From the UHGV virus genome UHGV-0039337: a stretch of DNA of 64,000 nt. One strand, 5' to 3'. Position numbers and translations under genes: made by a program. Every line of letters starts with the position of its first letter. Position 1 is the first letter of the stretch. Under the pieces are notes generated by a model. It saw only the letters and a list, made by a program, of their open reading frames with translations. It was not told the origin of the DNA and did not search any database. This DNA is from a virus. Positions 48,687 through 59,503 of this stretch are shown here, piece by piece.

Positions 48687-48953
48687 CTATACGTATGATT
48701 CATCATCTTTATGTTTATCATAATATTCATCATATTCAGATATATACTTTAATGTTCCTGTATTATAATTGCTTAAAGCATATAGTTTATTGTCTGCGCT
48801 ATATTTTAATATATATACATTTCCATTTTCTGCTTCACCTACAACTTCTGATTCTCTTAATAGTCTTTGACATTCCACTACTTCTTCTGTTAATTCAATA
48901 GAACCATTGTTATATTGTTCTACTAACTCAAGCACTTCTTTTAAAGATTTCAT
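48687..48953 (-). CDS. hypothetical protein
   Basis: 88-aa ORF. Confidence 0.3.
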   Translation of the reverse strand: MKSLKEVLELVEQYNNGSIELTEEVVECQRLLRESEVVGEAENGNVYILKYSADNKLYALSNYNTGTLKYISEYDEYYDKHKDDESYV

Positions 48954-49196
48954 ACTTATCTCTCCTTTAATAAAATATTTTTTATTTACTGTACATTATG
49001 TACATTACTAATATATATTATATTCAAAAGATAAGCTTAATCTTTTTAATTTTCCTTTCATTATTTTTTAATATTTATTTTTTACTCAATCTCCTTATTT
49101 TATGAGTCCCTACGGTGATCGACTAAACCGTAGGGATTTTTATTTGTCCATAATAATCACCACCATAAAAAAAATAAGCTGATAAATTATATCAGC

Positions 49197-50351
49197 TTAT
49201 AGAAAACCAATTGGTTTTGTTTCTTTATCTTTTTTATTTAGCATTTTATTTAATGTATGTGTTATATGCTCATAGTTAGTTTTTTTAGCTCCATGATCTA
49301 CTGCATATATACCAGCATGATTACAACAAGCAGCTATAAATGCTCCTGTTTTTTCTTCTGTTTGTTCTGCTAATGCTAAATAATCTATATCATCTTCATG
49401 TTTTAATTTTCCTACGTATAATTCAAATAATTTAATTCTTGATTCATAATTAGGAAGTGGTATATTTATTATTTTATCTATACGTCCTTCTCTTATTAAT
49501 GCAGGATCTAATTGTTCTTTTATATTAGTAGCACATATTACTATTATATTTTTTTCTGATGCAGTTGCCATACAATCAAGTAATTTATTTAATGCTGCTC
49601 TATATTCTTTATTTTCATCACTACTACTTCTTTGTACTCCTATGGCATCTATTTCATCTATAAATAAAACACCTCCACCTTCTTTGGCTAGGTCATCAAA
49701 TTCTTTACCTATACGTTTAGCACTATCGCCTACATATTTTTGTATTAAATCTGATGCTACTATGCCTTTATAATTCATATTAGTTTCATTTGCTATTGTT
49801 TTAGCTATTAGCGTTTTACCAGTACCTGGGCTTCCTTCTAATAATATACCAGCTGGTACGTCTACTCCCATTTCTAAATATTCGTCCATTCTTTTTACAA
49901 AGTTTATAGTGCTTAGTATATCTTCTTTTGTATCTTCTTCTAATATTACATTTTCAAGTTTACATTCTTGTATTTCTTTAGGTCCTTCTTTAGCTTTTTT
50001 TCTAGCTATTATTTCTTGCCATTTTTCATAAGCTCTAGGATATGTTTCAAAATGTGATACTATTACTCTCTTATTTGAGTCGTATTTGAAACTTAGTATT
50101 TGTCGTGTTAATCCCATACAACAATTTACTATTCTTATTTTTTCTAGATTACTCATTTCATCTTTATTGGTGAAACTGTTTGCTGTTAGATTATTAGACA
50201 TTACTACATAATCTGTTATAATAACGTCTTCTGTACTTTCTTCACTTAATACATATAAATTCATTGTCATTTGTTCAAAATTGACTGCTAACTCATATAA
50301 TAAGCCATCTACCAAATAATACTTAGTCCTTCTATTTTCTTTATCTTCCAA
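49197..50351 (-). CDS. AAA+ ATPase (classic AAA clade, no protease domain)
   Basis: LLEGSPGTGKTLIAKTIANE, VLFIDEIDAIG, ATNIKEQLDPALIREGRIDKII. Confidence 0.7.
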   Translation of the reverse strand: MEDKENRRTKYYLVDGLLYELAVNFEQMTMNLYVLSEESTEDVIITDYVVMSNNLTANSFTNKDEMSNLEKIRIVNCCMGLTRQILSFKYDSNKRVIVSHFETYPRAYEKWQEIIARKKAKEGPKEIQECKLENVILEEDTKEDILSTINFVKRMDEYLEMGVDVPAGILLEGSPGTGKTLIAKTIANETNMNYKGIVASDLIQKYVGDSAKRIGKEFDDLAKEGGGVLFIDEIDAIGVQRSSSDENKEYRAALNKLLDCMATASEKNIIVICATNIKEQLDPALIREGRIDKIINIPLPNYESRIKLFELYVGKLKHEDDIDYLALAEQTEEKTGAFIAACCNHAGIYAVDHGAKKTNYEHITHTLNKMLNKKDKETKPIGFL

Positions 50352-50368
50352 TTTTACACCAACTCCTA

Positions 50369-50575
50369 TTATCTTTTTTCTATAGTAACAATAATATTAC
50401 TATTATCTAATAATGTTAAAGTAACATTATTGTTTTCTGAATATTTGAAATATTTTACATTCTTATTATAAGTAAGTTGATTGAAGCTATTAACACTTAT
50501 TTTATTATCATATGCTAATAGCTCTCTAATCATTGTAGTACTTAATTCAGTATAATTAACATTTTCTGTATTCAT
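50369..50575 (-). CDS. hypothetical protein
   Basis: 68-aa ORF. Confidence 0.3.
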   Translation of the reverse strand: MNTENVNYTELSTTMIRELLAYDNKISVNSFNQLTYNKNVKYFKYSENNNVTLTLLDNSNIIVTIEKR

Positions 50576-50588
50576 ACATACACCACCT

Positions 50589-51242
50589 TTAATCTAATTC
50601 TAATCCTGTATTATCGAGCATTTCATGGAGAAATTTTGCTATATCTTTTAAAGATTCTCCATCATTTAATAGTTCTATAGCTTCATCAGCTAATTGTCTC
50701 ATTTGTTCGTCATAATCATGTAGTTCATTAATGTTAGTTTTAACGACTATAAATTTAGTAGCTAGATGTTTTTGATAGTAATATACTTGCAATATACGCA
50801 TATTATCTTTTAATATAGGGATAAGCTTGTTTTTAACATTCGTACAAGCTGCATAAGCTATTTCTTCATCTCCAGCTAAAAATATATCATGACTATCAGA
50901 AGATAAATGATAGGAATACTCTTTTTTTAATTGGTCATATGATATATTCATATCTATAGTTTTGCAATAAAGAATATCCTTTTCTTTTGGTGGATTATAT
51001 TGTTTATAGATATTTTCATTATTAAAGCTTTCTATAGTTATTATACTGTAAGTATTGTCGTCGTCATCATCTTCGTCATCGCTTCTATTTCTTTCTAAAT
51101 CTGCTTTATGAATCCATGCTGCAGTTTTTAAAGCATCTTCATAATCTTTAGTTATATAAACTATCTCTTCATTATCGTCAAAGTCGAAGTCGTCTATATA
51201 TGGATAGTATCTTCTTAATATATAATATTCGCTATTATTCAT
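50589..51242 (-). CDS. hypothetical acidic protein
   Basis: 217-aa ORF. Confidence 0.35.
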   Translation of the reverse strand: MNNSEYYILRRYYPYIDDFDFDDNEEIVYITKDYEDALKTAAWIHKADLERNRSDDEDDDDDNTYSIITIESFNNENIYKQYNPPKEKDILYCKTIDMNISYDQLKKEYSYHLSSDSHDIFLAGDEEIAYAACTNVKNKLIPILKDNMRILQVYYYQKHLATKFIVVKTNINELHDYDEQMRQLADEAIELLNDGESLKDIAKFLHEMLDNTGLELD

Positions 51243-51561
51243 TATTCTCTTCTTCCTTTTTTTGTTTTTTAACTATTTCTTCGGCTACTTTATTTATTGT
51301 ATTGGCTACTATTTCATTATCTATTACACACATTAATATTATTGCTAAGGAAAACATTAAATTAAATACTGGCATAAATAAGCATGCAGCTATTGATATT
51401 ATAATATCTTTTTTTGAGCTTTGTTTAATTTGTAATATAGTAAAAATATCTAATTTATCTAATAGTGATTTTACTTTAAAAACATATAAAGCCATACACA
51501 CTATAGATAACATTATTGAAAGTGTATAAAAATTTAATAAAAAAGTTATAATTGTCTGCAT
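51235..51561 (-). CDS. small membrane protein (2-3 predicted TM helices)
   Basis: 108 aa. Hydrophobic N-terminal two thirds, charged C-terminus. Confidence 0.35.
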   Translation of the reverse strand: MQTIITFLLNFYTLSIMLSIVCMALYVFKVKSLLDKLDIFTILQIKQSSKKDIIISIAACLFMPVFNLMFSLAIILMCVIDNEIVANTINKVAEEIVKKQKKEEENNE

Positions 51562-51595
51562 AAAAATTACTCCTTTATAATTTTGTATTAAAATA

Positions 51596-51613
51596 GGGAG
51601 TCCGTAGACTCCC
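51596..51613. terminator. GC hairpin (gggagtc/gactccc) flanked by T-rich tracts on both strands
   Basis: Perfect 7-bp stem with a 4-nt loop inside the 484-nt non-coding region. Confidence 0.3.
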
Positions 51614-52045
51614 TTTATATTAACAGATAGCTTTTCATTAAGTTATATCTTCAAACAATTTATAATAAATAGAATAAATCTATCAATTGTTCTGTTTTTA
51701 ATTAGTTTTCAACTAATAATCCAATATTATATGGCGCTGATCGTTTCGTATTTCGTGTTTTTGTATTATAGAATTATCGTACTATAGAATTAATGTAAGT
51801 AAGAGTGTCGGTTAGCGCTTCGCTTACTGCTTATCGTATGTGGTAGCCATACAGGCTCTTTGATTTATTATATATATGTAAACTTACATATTCATAATCA
51901 TCCATACCTAGGACAAAGGCAGTATTGTTTTATATATTATAGCGTATAATTTAATACATCTATATAATATAAATTTGTAGTTATACTTCACTACGAGAAG
52001 CGTTTGACAGATATAATTAATGAAAAGCTAATACTGGCTAATATG

Positions 52046-52654
52046 CTATTCTAATTCTAACATGTCTTCTAATGTATCAGATATGTTCCATTTAGGTGTA
52101 AATATTACTTCTTTATTTATTTGGGTTTTATCTATTAATGTACTCATTTCTTCGCATTCGTTCTTTATTGCTTTATATATACGTTTTATTTTATTTCTAT
52201 CATAGTTTATTGTAGTTACTTCTTTAACTGTATAGTAAAAAGGTACTTGATTTCCTTCATTGTTTATCATGTATGCTGTTTCTCGTTTTTCTTTTTCTTT
52301 TGCTTTAAGATCTATTAATCTTTTTAATATTACAGCTTGTTTCTGTTTTGCTTTATTCATACTAATAGCATGATCTATGTTTATTTCTGCTTTATTTTTT
52401 GCCTCATATATTGCTTTGCTCAATTCAGCTTTTTCTTGCATTACTTTATCCATAAAATCTATAAGTTCTATTGCTGTATATTCTAAGTCAGGTTTTATTT
52501 CTTTTTCTTCATCAGTGAAAACAGGATTAACTGCTGCTTTTAAATGTGTTTCTTTAATAGTTACTACGTTTTTTGTATCACGTAATATCCATTCTATTTG
52601 TTCCAATTTTTCATCTAGAAAATTCATGTATTGAAAACTTTCTCTTAGATTCAT
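52046..52654 (-). CDS. hypothetical protein
   Basis: 202-aa ORF with coiled-coil-like composition. Confidence 0.35.
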   Translation of the reverse strand: MNLRESFQYMNFLDEKLEQIEWILRDTKNVVTIKETHLKAAVNPVFTDEEKEIKPDLEYTAIELIDFMDKVMQEKAELSKAIYEAKNKAEINIDHAISMNKAKQKQAVILKRLIDLKAKEKEKRETAYMINNEGNQVPFYYTVKEVTTINYDRNKIKRIYKAIKNECEEMSTLIDKTQINKEVIFTPKWNISDTLEDMLELE

Positions 52655-52726
52655 TACACATCACTCCTTAGCATTTATATTATATATCTATTATCTTACA
52701 TAATTGCATATCATTAATAGCAATTC

Positions 52727-52927
52727 TTATTTTCTTATTATTTTTACTTTTCTTGATAATATCTCATATTCTTTTCCGTTAATAGTAACTATGTCATGTT
52801 TATTGTAAACTAACATATGTTTACGTATTAAACGTTTTTTATTAAATTCTTCTATTTCACATGCTATTACCGATATAATTATAATTAATAATGTTAGTGC
52901 ACCTATTATAGCACAAAAATTATACAA
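52727..52927 (-). CDS. small membrane protein
   Basis: 66 aa with a hydrophobic N-terminus. Confidence 0.3.
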   Translation of the reverse strand: MYNFCAIIGALTLLIIIISVIACEIEEFNKKRLIRKHMLVYNKHDIVTINGKEYEILSRKVKIIRK

Positions 52928-52947
52928 TATTTAAAGCACCTCCATAT

Positions 52948-53238
52948 CTAAATTTCTTTAAATTCTATTTTGTCTCCATCAATGAATTCTACACTATAAT
53001 GTTTAGTATTAGACGATTGAGTTCTTTCTTGTACTACTTTATATATTATATCATATTCTTTTCTTTCTATATCATCTAATAGTTTTTTAAACTCTTTATA
53101 CATTATGTTATTTAAATTTATATTGTCTAAATTTAATGGACATCTTGCTTCCAATTCATCCAAATTATTACAATCATATCTTTCATATAAATATTCTAAT
53201 ATACTCATAAAAACACTCTCCTTATAAAAATACATCAT
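52948..53238 (-). CDS. hypothetical protein
   Basis: 96-aa ORF. Confidence 0.3.
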   Translation of the reverse strand: MMYFYKESVFMSILEYLYERYDCNNLDELEARCPLNLDNINLNNIMYKEFKKLLDDIERKEYDIIYKVVQERTQSSNTKHYSVEFIDGDKIEFKEI

Positions 53239-53755
53239 AATTATAATATAATTCTTCTATTCCATTTATATAGAACTTTATAGTATTGAAATCTATAGGT
53301 GTAAAATTATGACAATCAGCACCTACATTTAGTCCATATTTCTTTACCATACATAACTTATGTATGTGTCCAAATAAGTTTATAATGTTACTTTCTGTTA
53401 GATGTCTTTTATCTTTTATTTTGTGAGGTTCATGCTGCATAGTTACAATATTATTATTATATTTAATAGAATATGAGCCTCTATGCACTTCGTTGAATCC
53501 ATAAGCTAATAATTCTTCATCTGTTAATCTATCTTCATAATTGCCACATATTAATATTATTTTGCCATTTAAATGTTTACGTAAATTGTAATCTCCAAAA
53601 TCACCTAAATGGAATACAATATCATCTGGCTTTACTGTTTCGTTCCATTTATTAATCATGTCTTTTGTCATTTCTTCTACTGAATTGTAAGGTCTTTTAG
53701 ATAATACTCTCGTACGTTCTTGCCCGAAAGTGAGTATCTGATATAAAAAAGACAC
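53222..53755 (-). CDS. metallophosphoesterase (calcineurin-like)
   Basis: FHLGDFGDY, ICGNYED, QHEPH, GHIHK match the MPP motifs (GD.xD, GNHE, H, GH.H). Confidence 0.6.
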   Translation of the reverse strand: MSFLYQILTFGQERTRVLSKRPYNSVEEMTKDMINKWNETVKPDDIVFHLGDFGDYNLRKHLNGKIILICGNYEDRLTDEELLAYGFNEVHRGSYSIKYNNNIVTMQHEPHKIKDKRHLTESNIINLFGHIHKLCMVKKYGLNVGADCHNFTPIDFNTIKFYINGIEELYYNYDVFL

Positions 53756-53763
53756 TCATAGCA

Positions 53764-54429
53764 TCACTCTCCTATAAATTTTATAGAATTATTGTTTACT
53801 AACATACCTTCACTATCTGATAGGGCTACTAACATTATATCTTTATTACTTATAGACATTTCTTCAACTATTTCATCTGTAATACGCTGAAATACTTCAT
53901 GATGTTTGTCATAATCATCATGATAATGTACTATAAGTCTTAAGTTTTTTATTAGTCCTAATCCATTATATATTTCGTAATAGTCATAATCTTTATCTAT
54001 ATATGGTGTTACGTTATATTGATCTAATTGAATTAAAGCTCCGGCAGATACTCCTATTATATGCTTATCATATATCTTTAGTAAGTTCCATACTTCAAAT
54101 TGTTTAAGTATATATTCTAATACTGACATATGTCCACCTGCTAAAAATATTATATCACAATTATGTAGCCTGCTTTTAATAGTATCTTTATCATCTTGAG
54201 GTTTTACTATATAGAAATGATCTTCTGTTATGCTTAAATCTTTAAATGGTTCATATTGTTCTTTATAATATCTACCACCTTGAGATAATTCTTTAGTATT
54301 TTCTATTTGCCACTCATAATCAGAACCACTAAAGCATAATACTTTAGAATTTGAAGTCATTATCTTTTGCATTTCTTTCTTTGCTATTAAATTAAAGTTA
54401 TTGTTTGAAAAGAGGTATAACAATTTCAT
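53764..54429 (-). CDS. peptidase S51-like / class I glutamine amidotransferase-like protein
   Basis: IIFLAGGHMSVLEYIL ... IIGVSAGALIQ resembles the dipeptidase E (S51) nucleophile-elbow region. Tentative. Confidence 0.35.
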   Translation of the reverse strand: MKLLYLFSNNNFNLIAKKEMQKIMTSNSKVLCFSGSDYEWQIENTKELSQGGRYYKEQYEPFKDLSITEDHFYIVKPQDDKDTIKSRLHNCDIIFLAGGHMSVLEYILKQFEVWNLLKIYDKHIIGVSAGALIQLDQYNVTPYIDKDYDYYEIYNGLGLIKNLRLIVHYHDDYDKHHEVFQRITDEIVEEMSISNKDIMLVALSDSEGMLVNNNSIKFIGE

Positions 54430-54618
54430 TTTTCTCCTTTAAATATATCAGTAATTCTATCCAATGTAATACCAATAGTCATACATATGGCTATTATATT
54501 TAATTGTGTACTATCATTGAATTGCATAACAAACTTAGTATTAAATAATAGATAGAAACTAATTAATAGTATAATAGTTTGCTTAATAAGCTTTTTTATT
54601 TTGTCAATATTTCACTTC

Positions 54619-54960
54619 CTATTCTTTATCTTTCTTTTTTATTATATCTTTTTGCTTACGATATTTACATAAATTTAAATATTCTTGTATTTCTTCTCTT
54701 GTTTGTATTTCATCTGGAAATCTAAAGTCTGGATCATGTCTACGTTTGTTTCTTGTACTTAAGCATCTATAACATTCATTGCTTAAACCATCATAACGAT
54801 CTTTCTTTTTATTGAATTCTGTTAATTCTTTATATTCTCTACATCTACTACATTTCTTTTTTTCTATTCCGTCTTCAAATATATGATTTATTCTTTTTTT
54901 TGCCATGTTAACATCACTCCTTGTAATATTATTACCAAGTGATGTCTTATAAAATATCAT
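54619..54960 (-). CDS. hypothetical Cys-containing basic protein
   Basis: 113-aa ORF. Confidence 0.3.
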   Translation of the reverse strand: MIFYKTSLGNNITRSDVNMAKKRINHIFEDGIEKKKCSRCREYKELTEFNKKKDRYDGLSNECYRCLSTRNKRRHDPDFRFPDEIQTREEIQEYLNLCKYRKQKDIIKKKDKE

Positions 54961-55079
54961 TTAAAATTTTAAGAATTAAACATGCTAATACAAATAAGCC
55001 TATAAAAAAATACATATCTTCATCTCCTTTCTTTTATAAGGTATATATTATATTCAAATATTTAATGGGAGTGATATTA

Positions 55080-55754
55080 ATGAATGTTACAACGAAAACA
55101 CATGCACTATATGGTAATGTAAGATTTATAAAAGATTATGATGGTATATATAAACCAATAGCTGGTGATATATTAAATATTACAGGCAATAATACAATTG
55201 AAAAATATAATAATGAATCATTACTTGAAAAACGTGAATTACATAGACTAATGGAATCTAGTACTGATAATATAGATTTATTTAAAGAATGGGTAAATAA
55301 TAACTATAATAGATTAAATAATATTAGTAATAACAGAGCTTTAATATTTAAAAATGAATCTGAAATATTAAATACAATAACTCTTGATGATTTTGTTGCA
55401 ATAGATATACATCCTTTTAGTTGTAATCAAATGTATTGTGCTAATAGAAATAAGATAGAAAGAACTAATCAGTACGATAATTGGTGGCGTAATTTTCCTG
55501 TTGAGAATCTTATAAAGTTTAAGGATATAAATTTTAATAAGCCAGTATTTGTTTGGTACTATTTCTTGCATCTTAAAAGTTATGATACAGAGAATCTATT
55601 AAAACCTACCAGTGATAGATTATGTGATTTCTTAGCTACTGATGATAAATACTTTAAACATTTTAGAATTGATGGCGAATATGTTAATAAATATAACGAA
55701 GGAAAGATATACATATTTATATGCAATATAGAAGAAGCAGGACCATTTAATTAA
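55080..55754 (+). CDS. RusA-like Holliday junction resolvase (only convincing plus-strand gene)
   Basis: Internal ATG at 55080 with a GGGAG RBS. DTENLLKPTSDRLCDFLATDDKYFKHFRIDGEYV fits the RusA motif DxDNLxKxxxDaL...DDxxV. The ORF-track start at 54939 is probably an artefactual upstream extension. Confidence 0.5.
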   Translation: MNVTTKTHALYGNVRFIKDYDGIYKPIAGDILNITGNNTIEKYNNESLLEKRELHRLMESSTDNIDLFKEWVNNNYNRLNNISNNRALIFKNESEILNTITLDDFVAIDIHPFSCNQMYCANRNKIERTNQYDNWWRNFPVENLIKFKDINFNKPVFVWYYFLHLKSYDTENLLKPTSDRLCDFLATDDKYFKHFRIDGEYVNKYNEGKIYIFICNIEEAGPFN

Positions 55755-55766
55755 TGGCCTGCTTTT
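55737..55766 (+). terminator. plus-strand rho-independent terminator for the RusA-like gene
   Basis: Hairpin gcaggacc/ggcctgc enclosing the stop codon, followed by TTTTATTA. Confidence 0.5.
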
Positions 55767-55767
55767 A

Positions 55768-56460
55768 TTATGCATTAAATATTATTTCTATACGTTGTTT
55801 ATATCCTAATTCTCTTAATAATTCAGTTATAGCTGTTTTAGTTCTTGATTTCAATATATTACTTTTATTCTTTAGGTTGTAATATTCTTTTATATATTCT
55901 AGTCCTTTCTTATCAAAAGTATCTTCCCATTGTCTTGTTGTTGTTTCTGCATCATTTTTATTTGACATTATATTAGCTGTACATTCATCGTCTAGTCTAT
56001 AGAATGTATTGCTTACTCTATGACAACTTTCTTTATCAAGTCTTGGCTTGTCTATTGATATTTTAAGTTTATCTTTATTTGCTTCTATTATTTCATAAGA
56101 TGATAAATTTACAACATAAGAATAATAAAAGTCTGCAGTACCTGTTAATTGATAACGTGATTTAAGTCCTAGTATACTATCACGTTCATAATGATATGAA
56201 TGTTTAATATTTATTGTACTATTAAGTATTTCGTATTTCTTTTCATTGTTAAATTTTTCTTTTATTGTTGATGTATCTATTGTCGTTTCGGTATAATTCT
56301 GTCGTTGTTCTGTTGCTTGTGTTTGTATATATAAGTCTCTTTTAAGATTGTTGATTTTATTATGTTGTCCTATAAAAATAGAAGTAAGTAAAATACTTAC
56401 TCCTAATAGTATACCTATTACTATTTTACGTGCTTTACTACTTATTCGTTGATTAAGCAT
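55768..56460 (-). CDS. membrane-anchored protein (N-terminal TM helix)
   Basis: 230 aa with KIVIGILLGVSILLTSIFIG. Adjacent to the amidase. Confidence 0.35.
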   Translation of the reverse strand: MLNQRISSKARKIVIGILLGVSILLTSIFIGQHNKINNLKRDLYIQTQATEQRQNYTETTIDTSTIKEKFNNEKKYEILNSTINIKHSYHYERDSILGLKSRYQLTGTADFYYSYVVNLSSYEIIEANKDKLKISIDKPRLDKESCHRVSNTFYRLDDECTANIMSNKNDAETTTRQWEDTFDKKGLEYIKEYYNLKNKSNILKSRTKTAITELLRELGYKQRIEIIFNA

Positions 56461-57192
56461 CTAATCACCTTCCTTAAGAATTTTATATATTTCGTCAGCT
56501 AATGCTTTACTTACTGACTTTATAACATTTCTACTTGTTATAGCTTGTAAATCTCCGTCTATATCAGAGAAAAAGCCGAGTTCAGCAAGCACGGCTATAG
56601 TATCTGTACCTTTGAATTCATTTAATTCTCCGATATATGCTTTATTATTTCTTAAGTTAGGTGCGTTACTTCTTTGTCTTACTGGTGTTACATCTTTAAT
56701 AGAATTTGATAATCTTTTAGCTATATTCATACTGACTGCATCACTATTATTGTACATAAATAAATATCCGTTAGCTCCTGGACAATAGTTATGATGTATT
56801 GATAAATATATCTTAGGATTTTTAGCTTTTGCTATACGACCAGCAGCATTTAAATCCTGTGCTTTAGATGTAGCAATTTGTAAATCAGCATCTATTCCTT
56901 TTTCTTTAAGATTTTTATAAACTTCCTTAGCTATTGCCATATTAATGTCCCATTCATGAATGTAATAGCCAGTTTTATCTTTTCTGATTCTTAAATTAGT
57001 ATTTATACAATCTCTCTCATTTAAGTATATTCTTTTACCAGGTTTAACAACTTCATTATATGGAGTTCCCCATTCTCCAGCTCTTATTACTACATCTGTG
57101 TCTGCAAATGAAGTTATAGGATTCAATAACATAGTTGCTATTAATAAACCATACAAAACTTTTCTAAACTTTTTGATTAATATTCCTAACAT
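56461..57192 (-). CDS. N-acetylmuramoyl-L-alanine amidase (Amidase_3/CwlD-like), probable endolysin
   Basis: N-terminal signal/TM segment. YLSIHHNY and the surrounding pattern match the Amidase_3 zinc-site region. Confidence 0.55.
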   Translation of the reverse strand: MLGILIKKFRKVLYGLLIATMLLNPITSFADTDVVIRAGEWGTPYNEVVKPGKRIYLNERDCINTNLRIRKDKTGYYIHEWDINMAIAKEVYKNLKEKGIDADLQIATSKAQDLNAAGRIAKAKNPKIYLSIHHNYCPGANGYLFMYNNSDAVSMNIAKRLSNSIKDVTPVRQRSNAPNLRNNKAYIGELNEFKGTDTIAVLAELGFFSDIDGDLQAITSRNVIKSVSKALADEIYKILKEGD

Positions 57193-57285
57193 AAAATAAT
57201 TCCCCCGAATTATTAACTCTCTTTATATTATTATCTTTAGTTTATTAAACATATTTAAGAGTAATTTACCATATTACTCTTATGC

Positions 57286-57561
57286 TTAGTCTTTAGTTTT
57301 ATAATTTTTAATAAATGATTCTTTATCAATACGCTTAATATCGTATGATGAATATTTTTTATTTTTTTGTGTGCGTTCTGCTATTATTAATACTATCATT
57401 CCAATAAATCCAGTTATACTTGCTATTAGTATACATAGAAGCATAACTAGTATTTCTGAATATTGTGTTAATCCATATAAACAATGATACCAAAAGGAAC
57501 TATTAATACTAATTATAATAGTTCCTATGGTGGTTCCTATTAGAAAGCCGTAGTACTTCAT
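57286..57561 (-). CDS. small two-TM membrane protein (holin candidate)
   Basis: 91 aa with two hydrophobic helices and a charged C-terminus, upstream of the amidase. Confidence 0.35.
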   Translation of the reverse strand: MKYYGFLIGTTIGTIIISINSSFWYHCLYGLTQYSEILVMLLCILIASITGFIGMIVLIIAERTQKNKKYSSYDIKRIDKESFIKNYKTKD

Positions 57562-57848
57562 ATTTCTTTATTCTCTATTTTCTTTGATCCTATGAAGTTG
57601 CAAAGATTAACATCGAGTTTTTCTTGGAACTTATTTAGTATTTCTTTTGGATCTATGCTGTCACTAAATACATAACCATTAATTAAAAACACATTAAAGG
57701 TTTTATCTACAGCTACTTCTCCTATAAAATACAGATCTTCTTTTTGTATGAAATCAAAAAATAGATTGCCTACATTATCTTCATTTGATATATGACCATT
57801 TAATACTAGTACATCTCTTCTCATTTTATTCCTCCTTAAATTTTGCAT
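57558..57848 (-). CDS. hypothetical protein
   Basis: 96-aa ORF. Confidence 0.3.
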   Translation of the reverse strand: MQNLRRNKMRRDVLVLNGHISNEDNVGNLFFDFIQKEDLYFIGEVAVDKTFNVFLINGYVFSDSIDPKEILNKFQEKLDVNLCNFIGSKKIENKEI

Positions 57849-58719
57849 AATAATTCATTATATAATCTATAGCAAATACTATTTTACAATCTTTACATGG
57901 TGTTTTACCGTCGATAAGACCTCTGTTATAATCTTTATATTTACACTCTTCACGATCATGTTGTTTTAATTTACTAGGGCAATAATGATTTAGGCAATAT
58001 CCTTCATATTCTTTTAATGCTTTTTCATATGTGTTTTTCATTAATTCCTCCTTATGCTCATTTCTTTTTAACCAATTATTAAATTCACATTCTTTACAGA
58101 AATAATCAAAATCTTTATCTATTTCTTCTTCATGGTCTTCTACATATTCCATTGCATCTAATAATGCATCTTCGTCATCTAATAACCAATCTATAAATAA
58201 TTCTTTTTCTATTACTATTATATCTGTATTTGTATCTGATTTACTTTTAAAATATTCTATTGTATCACTATACTCTGCTGAATAACGACACATTATATCA
58301 CCAGGTTGATCATTATCTACTATTGATATAGCACATTCTAGGACATTGTTATAGTGTTCTTCATCTGTTATAAATATATCTTTATATGTCTCATAAAAAT
58401 GTCTAGTTATAAGTATAATATTTGGAACTAATAGAGTATCTAATTCAAAATTTATAACTGCTTCTATTAATACAGCATAAGGATATGTTTCTTTGCTACG
58501 TTCTAAATATAAATTTGTATCACCTAAGTCTGCTTCTTTTATTTCTACGCCATCTATTTCATCTGCAAATTCATCTGATTTACTGAATTCTTCATAATGA
58601 TATTCGTTTAATAGAATATTTTTAGGTTCTTCGTTCGTTAGTTTTTTCATTAAATCTATAGCACGTCTTATTATTTCAGTATAATATTCATCCATATAAA
58701 TCATCTCCTTAATAGACAA
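57826..58719 (-). CDS. hypothetical acidic protein with C-terminal Cys cluster
   Basis: 297-aa ORF. Confidence 0.35.
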   Translation of the reverse strand: MSIKEMIYMDEYYTEIIRRAIDLMKKLTNEEPKNILLNEYHYEEFSKSDEFADEIDGVEIKEADLGDTNLYLERSKETYPYAVLIEAVINFELDTLLVPNIILITRHFYETYKDIFITDEEHYNNVLECAISIVDNDQPGDIMCRYSAEYSDTIEYFKSKSDTNTDIIVIEKELFIDWLLDDEDALLDAMEYVEDHEEEIDKDFDYFCKECEFNNWLKRNEHKEELMKNTYEKALKEYEGYCLNHYCPSKLKQHDREECKYKDYNRGLIDGKTPCKDCKIVFAIDYIMNYYAKFKEE

Positions 58720-58738
58720 AATAATAGAGTAAGTATTT

Positions 58739-58933
58739 CTACTTACTCTCTATTAAAGCATATAGTTTTTTATAATCAGCTTGCAAATCTTCTGCTTTTA
58801 AATAATCAAAACCATATCTTACAGAACCTATATTAAGTATAAGTTTATTATTATTTAGGTCTATTGCTGATGGATTAATTAATGGAATTTTATCTGTATT
58901 AATTGCTGTACCATTAACATCGTTTAGTTTCAT
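58739..58933 (-). CDS. hypothetical protein
   Basis: 64-aa ORF. Confidence 0.3.
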   Translation of the reverse strand: MKLNDVNGTAINTDKIPLINPSAIDLNNNKLILNIGSVRYGFDYLKAEDLQADYKKLYALIESK

Positions 58934-59005
58934 TATGGTATCCTCCTTATATATTATTTTATTCAGTTATAATAACTTCATCTTCTTTCAAGCATTGATC
59001 TGTTT

Positions 59006-59500
<495 letters not shown>

Positions 59501-59503
59501 CTT

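Noticed and set aside
48554-48901. 115-aa plus-strand ORF rich in L/F/I/H
   Set aside because: Overlaps minus ORF 48687..48953 and a minus-strand terminator region, with a low-complexity translation. Likely spurious.
54939-55079. Upstream extension of the RusA-like ORF to 54939
   Set aside because: A strong RBS plus ATG at 55080 and an antisense overlap with ORF 54619..54960 make the internal start far more plausible.
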